Source: Acidobacteriota bacterium
Lineage (GTDB): Bacteria; Acidobacteriota; Thermoanaerobaculia; Gp7-AA8
DNA: 64,000 bases
NCBI GenBank assembly: GCA_019244185.1
Contig: JAFATB010000006.1
Coordinates: 224,001 to 288,000 of the forward strand
Direction: 5' to 3'
The notes under the pieces were generated by a model that did no database searches, was not told the DNA's origin, and worked only from the letters and a program-made list of their open reading frames with translations. The position numbers were made by a program, and so were the translations under genes. Positions 11,401 to 23,400 of the stretch are shown here, piece after piece (position 1 is the stretch's first letter; every line of letters starts with the position of its first letter).

Positions 11401-14400
11401 GTGACGGTGCCGGTGGTCGAGCCGCCGCCGGTGACTTCGCCGGGGAACGTGACCGATGCGACGCCGAGGTTCGCCGGGATCGCGCCGATGGAGATCTCGC
11501 CGGTGGTGAGGCGGAAGACGTTGCGGTCGCGCGCGGCGATGGTGACGGCGTCGCCCGCGGCGCCGTCGAACGGAACGCGGAACGAGCCGTCGGCGGCGGA
11601 CGGACGCGTGCGCGTGCCGTACGCGGTCGAGTAGAACTCGACGTTGTCGAAGTACATCCAGTCGTCGCGGAAGCCGAAGGTGAATTTCGCCGACGGCGGG
11701 ACGACGGTCTTGAGCTCGTACACCAGCGCGTCGTTGACGTACCACTGCACCGAGTCGGGCGTCTTCTCGAGGCGGAAACGCGTCGACGCGTCGAGCGTGC
11801 CCTGCGTGAAGCCGGAGTTCGCCCACGCGCCGTTCGGCCAGACTTCCCAGCGGTTGCCGGTCGGGAAGTGGAAGTAGTGGTTGGCCACGCCGATGAATGC
11901 GAGGTTGTTGGGGCTCCGATCGTTGAAGGTGAGGTACGCGGAGTCGCCGACCTCCGGCGTCTCGATCGTTCCCGGCGCCTGATTGAAGTTCGGGATCTTC
12001 TGCAGGCGCAGTCCACCGCGGTTCGGCGCGAGCTCGATGAATGACGCGTTCTGCAGCAGCTCGGCCGTCGCCGGCAGCGCGGGACGCGCGGTGTTGCGCG
12101 CGAAGACGTCGACGCCCTCGGCATCGCGCACCGCGCCGGCGGCGCCGGCGAGCACCGGACCGGTGCGTCCCTGTTCGATCGTCACCTTCGACGCGTCGAT
12201 CGCCGGGCCGCTCGCGTTCGTGACGAGCGATGAATCGGCCGCGACCGCCGGCGCGTTGGCGGATTCGATCGTGTCGCGCGAGAGCACGTGCGCGCCGCCG
12301 CGCACCGTGACGTGATTGAAGCGATAGACGCCGCGCAGCTGATCGCCCGGCTGCATGACGACCGGGCTGCCGTCGGTGGACGCGAGCGTGATGCGCGGCG
12401 CGGTGCGGACGAGCGTCACGTTGCGCCAGTCGGTGTCGAACGCGAAGAGGAACTCGCTGAACTCGGTGTCGACGTAGCGCACGACGTTGCCGCTGTAGAT
12501 GCCGCCGTACGCGTTCGCGTAGACCGAACCGCCGACGAGTTCCGCGACGGCGATGCCGCCGATCGATCCGCACGTCGTGCCGCAGGTGAGGCGGCGCACG
12601 TCGTAGATGTGCGGGCTGTTCTTGCGGAAGCTCGCGAAGACGCGGTCGCTCGCGTCGGGCGTGAACGGCACGAACGGACGGCCGTCGTCGTTGTCGTACG
12701 ACCACTGACCGTTCTCGAATTTCGTCATGGCGATCTTCCGCCCTTCGACGAAGCCGCCCGGCCGATAAACGAGATAGCCGTCGTACGCGATCTGATCGTT
12801 GCCGAACCAGAACGAGGCGGACGGCGTGGCCGCCTGCGGATCGTTCTCGATCGACGCGATGCGATACGTCCCGCGAATCGTGCCGTCGGGCGCGACGACG
12901 CGCGCCCAGTTGCCGACCTGGAACGGCTGGATGTACGCGCGGTTCGCGAGCGTGGCCGTGCCGTTGCTGACGGAGGCGATCGTGTGCGCGCCGAGCCACG
13001 GGAGATCGGTCTCGACGCCGGTGCCGAAGCCGGCGTTGTCGATCACGAGATCGCCGAGCGCGGCGCCGTTCGCACGGATGAACACGGAGCCGGCGGCGCC
13101 GGGACGTCCGCTGTTCGTGCGCCCGCCGCGCGCGACGAGGTGATCGGCGATCGTGCCGCCGAGGGAGCCGTACTCGATGGCGATCGCGCCGCCGCCACCG
13201 CCGCCGCGGTTGTTGTTGTCGCCGCCGCCGCGCGCCTCGATCGAGCCGCCGCCGGCGAGGCGTCCGCGCGTGGTGAGGTAGACGGAGCCGCCGGCGCCGG
13301 GGCCCCACGTGTCGTTGTCGATGCCGTTCGCGCGGATCGCGCCGTCGACGGTGACGAACGTCTCGACGTCGAGACGCAGCACGCCGCCGCCGGTCGTGGC
13401 GTAGTTCGGATCGATGGTGTGGCCGCCGCCGCCCTTCTCGGCCGGATGCTCGATGCTGCCGTACGTGCCGCCGCCCGGAGGCGACCACTCGCCGCCGCGT
13501 CCGATGTGGCCGCCGCCCGACGAGTCGGTGGGCGTGGCGCTGCCGGGATACGCGGTGACGCCCGGATAGCCCTGCGCGCTGACGTCGATCGCGCCGCCGC
13601 AGGCGACGAAGAGGCGCTGCACGGAGACGACCGGCAGCGGAGTGCCGTCGGCGACCTGCTGCTGTTCGACCTTGCCGCCGTCGAGCACGATGAGGTTGCG
13701 CAGGTGCTGCTCGCCGGAGAGCACGAGATCGCCGCCGGCGCGCACGACGACGTCGCGGTTCTGATAGCCGGCGTCGAGCGGCGTGACGACCGAGCGCGTG
13801 CTGACGTCGATCGCGTTCGCGACGGCGGTGAAGCTGCCGAGGAGCACGGCCTGGTTGCCGCCGGCACTGGTGGCGGTGACGCGGACGTCGAAGGACGTGT
13901 CGTTCGCGGTGCCGCCCGGGATCGTGTAGCGGATCTCGTACTGATCGGAGCCGCCGATGCGGGAGGCGAGCACCGGCGTCGCGCCGTTGATCGAGAACTC
14001 CACGCGCTCGACGCCGTTCGACGGCGACGATGGCGTCGCGGTGACGCGCAGCGGGAACTCGTAGCCGAGCGGATAGCTCGCGTTCGGACTCGCGCAGACC
14101 CACGCCAGCGCGGCCGCGTTCGGATCGACCAGCGGCTTGATGTAGACCGTCAGCGTGCGCGACTCCGTGTTGCCGTCGTAGTCGATCGACGTGACGGTGA
14201 GCGTCTTCGCGATCGGCTCGCTGCCGTCGACGCTCGGCACGTTCAGCGTCCGCCGATAGACGTCGCCGCCGGCGTACGTCAGGTCGCTCGTGACGCCATC
14301 GAACGTGACCGTCACGCGCTGCACGGCCACCTCCGCATCGCTCGACGTCGCCTCGACGACGAACGTCGCGCCGGTGCCTTCCTGCAGTTGCGCGTTCGGC

Positions 14401-17400
14401 TGCGGCGTCGCGACCGCAAGCGACGGCGCGAGCGTGTCTTTCAGGATGTGAACGGTCTTCGTCTGCGTCGTGGCGATGCGGCCCGGCACGTCATCGAGCG
14501 CAGAGAGCGTGAGCGTGACGTCGCTGCCCGACGGCGCCGATGACGGGATGGCGACGCTGAACGTGCGCGTCATCGTCTGCGGCGTCGGACGCGTGGCGGT
14601 GCCGGACGTGACGCTGCCCTGCGACGACGCGAGCGCGAGCGAGGTGACGGCCACGTCGTCGGACGCGGCTGCGCTGACGTCGATGTTGTGATTCGCGTAC
14701 GTCTCGGTCGCGCTGACGTCGAACGCGTCGATGACCGGCGCGGCGTTGTGGATGATGTTGAACGCGAGCGGCGCGGACTCGGCGACGCGGCCGGCGCGAT
14801 CCGTTGCGTAAAGTTTCAGCGTCGTCGCGCCGAGCGGCGCGTCGTTCGGAATGGCGATGGTGAGCGTCGTGTCGCCGAGCGGTGAGACGAAGTTCGGATA
14901 CGCGAAGACGTCGACCGGCTGCACACCGAGCGTCGCGCGCAGCTGGCGGATGCCGGACGCGCTCTCCGCCGTGACGTGCACGGTGATGGTCGTGTTCTGC
15001 GCGACGCTGCTGCCGGCCGCGGGATCGCTCGAGACGAGCGTCAGCGCGAACGGATCGTTCGGACGCACGATCGACGCGGACGGATCGACGGTGAGCGTGC
15101 CGGACGGCTCGCTGTCGAAGCGCGCCAGCACGCGGGGACCGATGGTGATGCTGTCGAACGCGCCGCCGCCGATCGGCGTGGCCGCGGTGCGGTGCGCGGT
15201 CGCGGGAACGCGATCGTCGAACGAGGAGACGACGAGCTCGCCGAGCGTCGCACCCGGACGCACGAGGTAGATCGTGCCGGCGCCGCCGTCGACGTGCGCT
15301 TCGTTGTCCGCGCCGGTGTGACGTCCTCCGCGCGCCTGGATCGCGGAGAGCGCCACTTCGAAGCGGTCGCTTGCACGGAGCTCGATACGTCCGCCGCCCG
15401 CGCCGCGATCGAGGTTGTTCTCCGCGCCGCCGTCGGCGCCGTTCGCGCTGATGCGCGTCCACGGACCGGTGATGAGCGCGTGCGCGCGGAGCGAGATCGT
15501 GCCGCCCGAGCCGAGCATCCAGAACGTGGAGCCGGACGGCGGCTCGCCGTCGGCGAGCACGGGTCCCGCGAGCACGAAGCGCGCGAGTCCGCTGCCGCCG
15601 CGCAGGAGCACCGCGCCGCCGCCGTTCGAGCCGGGACGATCGCCGCCGCTCGGCTGCGCGCCGCCGCCGCTCCCGAAGTCGACAGGATCGGTGATCGAGC
15701 CGTAGGTCGCGTTGGTCGTGCCGACGTACGAGCCGCCGATGCCGCCGTACGAGGCGTCGGCATTCGCCGCACCGTTGCCGGAGCGCGTGCGGCCGAGGCG
15801 CGAGGCGTTGCCCGGCGTGCGGTCTTCGCGGCCGTGGAGGCCGCCGAGGTAGCCGCGGCCGGTCAGGTCGACGCGGGAGTCGGCGTCGACGAAGAGATGA
15901 TCGGCGATGGTGAGATCGAGCTTCGTCTCTTCGGGATTCGAGAGCACCGCGCCGTCGACGAGCACGAGGTCTTTCAGCGCGAGCGGAACGGAGACGTAGA
16001 CGCGCACGCCGCGCACGAGGACGCTGCGGTTCGCGTACTGATCGGCGGTGATGGACGAGATGTTGATGTTGGCGCTGATGACGCGATCGACGTCGACCGG
16101 ATCGATGGTGATGGGCAGCTCGACGCTGTGCGACGGATCGGCGTCGTCGACGATCGCCTTGACCGTGAACGGCGTGCGATCGGCGGGGAACGTGAACGCG
16201 ACGCGCGCCTCGAAGACATCCGACGTGCCAGCGCGCAGCGTGGCGTCGACCGGCGCGGCGAGCGCGGTCGACTCGAAGCGGACCGACGTGACCTTCACGT
16301 CGTCGGTCGCGCGCACGCGCAGCGTGGTCAGCCAATCGGATTGATTCGCCGGCAGCGCCGCGCCGTCGAGCGGCGTGATCCAGGCCGCGGTCGGGATCGT
16401 GGCGTCGTCGACGCGGTCGTAGATCACCTCGTGCGTGTCGGTGGTGACGTTGTCGCGCTGGTCGTAGACCGAGACGGCGACGGGCACGCGCGTGTCGGCG
16501 TTGCGCGGCGGCACGGTGACGCTCTTGCGGAACGTGGTGATGCCGGTCGCGGAGTCGAACGAGCTCGTGACGCCGCTCTGCGCGACGCCGCCGACGCTGA
16601 TCGTGGCGCGGGCGATGCCGGTCTCCGCGTCGCGCACCTGCAGCTCGATCGTGTAGCTGCCGCTCGCGGTGTTGTACTGGTAGTGCGTCTCCGCCTTCGG
16701 CGTGAAGGCGACGATCTCCGGCTTCGTCGTATCCGCGAGCACGGTCAGCGGCACTTCGGCGATGCCGGATTTGTTGACGGAATCCGTCGCGGTGACGACG
16801 AGCGTCGCGGCGCCGTCCTTCAGCGTCGCGGGCAGCGTCCAGTCGAAGCTCGCGTCGGGGAACGGCACGGCCGTCGAAGGACGGGTGATGTTCTGCGAGC
16901 CGACGATCTGGTGCAGCGCGTCGCCGTTCGTCGCGGTGCCGCGCAGCTCGAGCGCGAGCGTGACTTTCAGCCCCTCGTCGTGGAACGCGACGGTCGTGTG
17001 CACGGCGTGCGTGGGGTACGCGGCGTCGGGCGTGTTGGTGACGAGAATGTCGCGCGGCGGATCGTTCGGCAGCACGTTCCAGGTGTGGACGTCGGGCGCC
17101 GGACTGCTGTTGCCGGAGAGATCGGTGGCGACGGCCTGCAGCGTGAACGTCGAGCCGGTGGTCGTCGCGGCCGGCGCGGCGAAGCTGTACGCGAACGGCT
17201 TCGTGCGCACGCGGGCGATGGCCGTGCCGTTCGCATCGAGCCAGTCGACGTAGGCGATGTCGTTCGACTCGTCGTCGGTGCCGTCGTCCGTCACGCGGAC
17301 GCTGGCGGTGTAGAGCAGTTCGGAGACGAGGTTGTCGTCGCTGCTGGTGATCCTGGCGATCGGCTTCTTCGTGTCGAAGGAGAAGAACTCGAAGACGCGG

Positions 17401-20400
17401 TCGTCCTTCTGCACGTTCGGCGGCGTCTGCGTGTCGCGCGCGCCGCTGACGGTGAGGCGGTAGAACGACGACTCGGCGATGGCCACGCCCCGCGGCGCGA
17501 TGACGAACGTCGTCGCGTCGGCGGGATCGGGGAACGCGGAGATCGGCAGGACTTCGACGGCGTTGCCCTTGTACGCGTCGAGATTCTCGAGGCGCACCAC
17601 GCCGCCGATCTCGAACGAGTTCGCGGCGATGGCCTTGTTGAACTTCACGCGGAACGTGGCGCTGGCGGGGATCGGCTCGGTCTCCGCCGGATCGACCTTC
17701 AGCACCGCGGGCTCGGTGTAGTTGACGGTGGTGAAGCTCGAGCCGACCGCGGTGAGCATCGGGTTGCCGGTCGTGTCCTGAATACCGGCGGGGATGGCCA
17801 GTCGATAGAGCACGTTGCTCTTGAGCGGGAACTTCTGGCCCGCGCCCGGCGGCGGCGGGACGAGCTTGACGATGAACGTCCCATCGGGACGCACCGACGG
17901 CTCGACCGTGCACGCGACGAGCGAGCTGTCGTCGGTCGCGAGCAGTTGGAACCACGAGCCGTTGAGATACGCGGCCGCGAGTTGCTCGCTGAAGGTGATC
18001 GTGATCGGCGTCGACGGCGAGACGCTGGTGGCGTTCGCCGGCGGATCGATCGACAGTACGCGCGGCGGCGTGGCGTCGATGCGCACGCGCGGCACGACGA
18101 TCGTCCCGGTCGTTCCGTCCGCGACCGGCACCGTGCGCGTGGCACCGATGGTCGTGTCGTCGGGGCCGTAGAACGTGAACGCGAGCGTGGTGCCGCCGAC
18201 CGGAATGCCGGTGAAGCGGTACGCGCCGTTCGCATCGGTGAGCGTTTCGAGGCGCAGCGGCTGCGAGAGACGCGAGGTCACCAGCAGCAGCACGCGCGTG
18301 CCGGCGGACGGAGTTCCGTTGCCGATCTCCGCGTCGACGCCGCCTTCGACACTCGCGTTCGAGCCGAGGTTAAGCGTGAGCTGGAGCGGTTGCGAGCGGC
18401 TCACCAGCGAGCCGCCGCCGGACGCGGTGACGTTGCCCTTCGACGCCGACGCGGTGATCCAGCCGAACGGCACGCCGGGCAGCGTGACGCTGCCGGTTGA
18501 CGGCGTAAACATCGTGCGGTTCCCGATGCCCGGCGCGAAGAGGTCCACCTTCGCGTCCTCGACCGGATTGCCGCTGCCGTCGAGCACGTGCACCTCGACG
18601 GTTCCCGACGTCGGCAGCACGACGTCTTCCGTTTTCTCGAGCGCGCCGCCGAAGCCGCCGCCGCCTTTCACGACGCGCCCTTCGCCGCCGAGCTCGCGGA
18701 CCTCGAAGCCGTAGCCGGACGAGGCGAGCATCTTCCGGAAGATGGTCGGGTTGCCCTGCTGCCCGCGGTAATACGGCACCGGCCCCCAGATCAGATCGCC
18801 CTGCCACACCGTGACCTCGGCGAGCGGCGCGAGGTCGCCCGCCGCGCCGTTGTCGAGCGGCAGATGCACGCGCACGGTGAGCGTGGCCGTGCGCTCGAGC
18901 TCGAGGTGGATGTTCTTCTGCTCGGGCACGAGCGTGCTGATGAAGAGTCCGGACGGACCGACCGCGCGGCGCAGCGAGCCGATCTCGTACGCGATCAGCG
19001 AGAACGGACCTTCCGGCACGCCGTTGAAGACGAACGCGCCGTCGACGTCGGTCGACGCGGCGGCGCTGCTGCCGGTGGCCTGCAGCTGGACGGGCATGCC
19101 CTTCGACGGCAGCCCCGGCGTCGGCTCGCTTTCCGGATCGGTGAGCGTGCCGGAAACGAGTCCGCGGAACTCGAGCTGCACGGTGACGGGCACGGTGCTG
19201 CCCGCGGCGACGTCGAAGTCGACGGCGTGTCCCGCGCGTCCCGCGGACTTCGAGTACGCGACGATCGTGTAGCGGCCCACCGGCACGCCGTCGAAGAACG
19301 CGACGCCGTTGTCGTTGGTGCTCGTAAAGTCGAAGCGTCCGCTGCCGCGCAAGAGCGCGACTTCGGCATTGGCGACCTTCGCGAAGCCGAGGAGCGGATC
19401 GGTGACCGTGACGCTGACGGCACCGGTGCCCGCGCCGCCGATGCGCACTTGCACGCTGCGCTGCGTGGCGTCGCCCTCGTCGCTGAGATGTCCCTGGTAG
19501 TCGCCGCGCAGTTCCTGATTCGTGGGATCGACGGCGGTGATGCGGAAGTCACCGGTGAAGACGTTGCTGACCACGAAGCGGCCGTTGATGTCGGCCTGCA
19601 GCGGATCCTGCGGCGTGCCGATGGCGCGGTACGGCCAGGCCAGCTCGCGCAGCCAGTAGCGCGCCAGCGGCACCTTCACGCCGTTTTGGTCAAGCACTTG
19701 ACCTTCCACCGTCGACTGCGTGCGCATGACGATGACGAGGTTCGAGACGGGGCCGCCACCGCCCGGCGTCGCGCCGCCGACGATGCCGGTGCGATAGACG
19801 CCGTCGCGCTCGAGGTCCGCGACGATGGTGAACGGCGTGCCCGCGGCGACCGCGGCGAAGCGGAACGTGCCGTCGGGATTCGTGATCGCGGGCGCGTATG
19901 TCGCGCGGTCGGTGTAGAGGCGCACGGTCGCGCCGGACACCGGCGTCACGCCGTCGTGCGCGTAGACGCGGCCGGTGACGTCGCCGATCGTGGAGAGGCG
20001 CAGCGTCACGTTGCGGACGTCGCCGTCGTACGCGAGATACGCCTGGCCCGCCGCGAAGCCGGCCGGATTTCGCACCGTGGAGAGGCCGACGTTCTGCCGC
20101 GCCGGCACGTTGTGGAAGGTGACGAGGCCCGTTTCGGAGTCAGGCGTGCCTTCGAACGTCTTCGGACGGAAGCCCTGCTCGGCCTCGTCCCACACGCTGT
20201 ACGACATCGCGATCGGCCCGAGGACCTGCGCGTAGCACGGAGGCGTGGAGCACGGCTGCTCGATTTCCGTGCGCACGACGATCGTGCCGGAGCCGGGCAG
20301 GTGGAGATCGGTGACGCCGACCTGGCCGCCGAAGTCGACGCGCACGTTGCCGCTCGCGGCCTGATCGCCGTACGGCGAGTTGCCGCCGGACGGCACCGCC

Positions 20401-23400
20401 ACGACGTCGACCTGCTGCGGCACGCGCATGTCCGGCAGCTCGTAGACGCCGTCGCCGCGCGGCGTGAAGCTGGTCGCGGGGAAACCGGGCCAGATCACGC
20501 GGTAGCCGGTGACCGGCTCGCCCTGCGGCCCATAGAGACGGATGCGCATCGTGGCCGTGCCCGCGGGCTCGGTGCTGCGCAGCTTCATGTTGAAGTGATT
20601 CGAGCCGGCGACGAGCGTCGGCACGCTGAAGTAGCCGCGGCGTCCGGTCGCGGGATCGAAGACGCTGATGCGGCGCTCCGCCGCCGACAACGGCAGATCG
20701 GCGATCGTGTACGAGCCGTCGGGATTCGTGGTGACGGGCGAGACGCGGTCGATGGTGACGATGGCGCCGGCAGCCGGCGCATCCTTCGACGCATCGCCCG
20801 GCGCCGCCGGGTCATCGCGGATCACGACGCCTTCGAGCGTCGCCGTCTCGACGTTCGGCGCCGGCACGGAGAGGACGAGCGTCTGCTCGAGCGTCTGGTC
20901 GGGACGCAGCTCGACCTCGACGCCCGCGCCGTTGCGGCTGATGCCGAAGTCGGCCGCGAGCACCGACACGACGCCCGCGGGGATACCGCTGAAGAGGAAC
21001 GTGCCGTCGGCGTCCGTGCTGCCGTCGCGCAGCGCGTAGCCCTGCGCCCAGACGCCGACGAGCGCGCCGGCGACGGGCGCGTTCGTGTCGGAGCGGCGCA
21101 CGATGACGCGCACGCTGCCGAGTCCCGGCGCATCGCGTTTCACGATGACGAGGTCCTGCGTCACGACCTCGCCGGCGACGCGGATCTGGTTCGCGGCGAA
21201 CGTCGGACGCCCGTCGTTGTCGAAGACCGAGAACGTGAGCGGCCCCACCGGCAAGTCGCCGATGTCGTAGTTGCCCGCGGCGTCGGTCCGGCCGTGCCGC
21301 ACCTGATCGAACATCGTGCTGCCGATGGTGACGTCGACGTCCGCCACGACCTCGCCGTCGCTGTAGCGCACCTGTCCGCGCGCGCGGCCGCGGCCGAGGA
21401 ACTGGAGGTTGACAGTGTGAACCTCGCCGGGGAGACGCACCGCCCCTTCGAGCTTCGCGCTCTTCCCTTCCGCCTCGGCACTGAGCGCGTAGCCGCCGTA
21501 GATGCCGCTGTCGGCGTCGCGCGGAACGAACTCGTAGAGGAAACGTCCGTCGGCGCCGGTGACGTCGATCTGCTCGCCGCCGGTCTCGCCCGTCATCCGC
21601 ACGAGTACGTTCGGGATGACGCTGTTGTCGCCGCGCAGCACGAGGCCGGTGAGGATCGCGCCGGGACGATCGTTGTCGATCCGAGGCACGACGTCGCTCA
21701 CCGCGAACGTCACCGCCGGCGCCGAGATGTCGTGAATCGCGTCGACGGCGAGGAGGTACTGCGCATTGCGCGAGAGCGCTTTGTCGAAGGTGACGTTGAT
21801 GATCTTCGCGTCGTCCTGCAGCGCGGCGCCGGGGATCTGCAGCTGCGCGTTCGGATCGGACGGGACGTTCTTCCGCGTGACGTGGTAATTCGCCTTCGGC
21901 ACGTCGACCGTGAGCGCGAACTGATCGCGCAGCGTCGCCGCGTCGCTGATGCGGACCGGCCGGTTGAAGAGCAGCGAGACGATGTGCCCGCGGTCGTCGA
22001 GATGGAGGTCCTGCGCCGCGCCGATGACGCGCAGTGGCGTCTGCGGCACGACGTTGACGGTGGCAACGCCGACGGCGTTCTTCACCACCAGCGCGTGCGA
22101 GCCGCGCACGACGTCGACGTCGACCGCGACGCCGGGCGTGGCGCCGGTGATCGCGAGATCGGTGCGCAACTGCACGCCGTCGTTCGCGTCGGGATAAATG
22201 AGGTGCAGCGTGAACGACGCCGCCGCGGGAACGACGGACACGCGCAGCGTTTCGTTCGGCCAGCGTCCGACCAGCGCGAGCTCGCCCACATCGCCGCCGG
22301 CATTGAGTCGCGTGAGCTGCGCGTACGGCAGCGTGCGAATCCACCCCTCCGCCGCTTCCGCCGGAACGTCGGCGCGCGTGCCGGTCGCGAGCGCCGTCAC
22401 GGACACCGCGTATGGCCGCGCGGCGCCATCGACATTCGCGCCGTGCGCGTACGCGAAGAGGAACCCGGTGCGATGCGACGTCGCCGCGGCGAACTCGCTC
22501 ACGAATTGCTGCGGCGTCTCGCCGTTCGAGAACGCCTGTGTCTCGAGCTGCCGCGCCATCGCCGCTTCCGCGCGTCGCCCCGACTCCTCGGCACGGCGCA
22601 GGTCGTCCCACTCCCGCAGCTCCGGCGCCGTGTTCGCCTGATCGACGCGCTCCGCGTTGCCGAGCAGATCGAGCGCGAGCTGGAAGAACGGCTCGCGATT
22701 CTCGAGCGGATCGCTGGCGCTGAGATCGCGCCGCGCGACGAAGATCCGCTGCCCCGCGCGCGCGATCTGCTGCGCGCGCGTGAAGACGTCCGTCTTCAGC
22801 ACGCGCGGGAACTTGGCCGTCGCCTGCGTGAGCGGCGCCGTGGCCAGGCTGTAGCCGAGGCCGAGGAGCTGCATGTTCGCGTCGACGAAGTCGGAGGGCA
22901 GATAGCGCGCGTAGTACGGCAGCACGAGCGTCGCCGGCGACAGCGGAATGCCGGTCGCGCTCACGCCCATGGTCAGCTTCACGCTCGCGCCGACCGTCTC
23001 GTCGTTCGCCACGCCGGCGGCGGCGAACACTTTCCCCGTGATCTTCGAGTTGAGCTTGTACGGCACCGGCTTCATCTCGCCCGGCTGGAGGTCGAGCTCC
23101 GCGGTTGGCGCCGTGCCTTCCTCGCGGCAGATGTTCTCCGCCGCCGCGCCGGAGGTGCACGCCGGGATCTGCGAGAGGTCGAGGAGCACGTGCTGGAAGT
23201 TCGCGCTGAGGTTCGTGACGAAGGCGTACGCGGTGTACCTCTCGTCCTTGCGCACGGTGTCGGGGTGGGAGAAGTTGATCTGGAAGCGCGGGTCGCTGAC
23301 GACGAGCGTCGTCGAGACGTGGCCGCGCAGCGGGAAGTCGGGCTGGCCGGGCTGCTGGTACGTCGCGTTCACTTCGACGTTGACGCTGTGCGTGCCCGCC

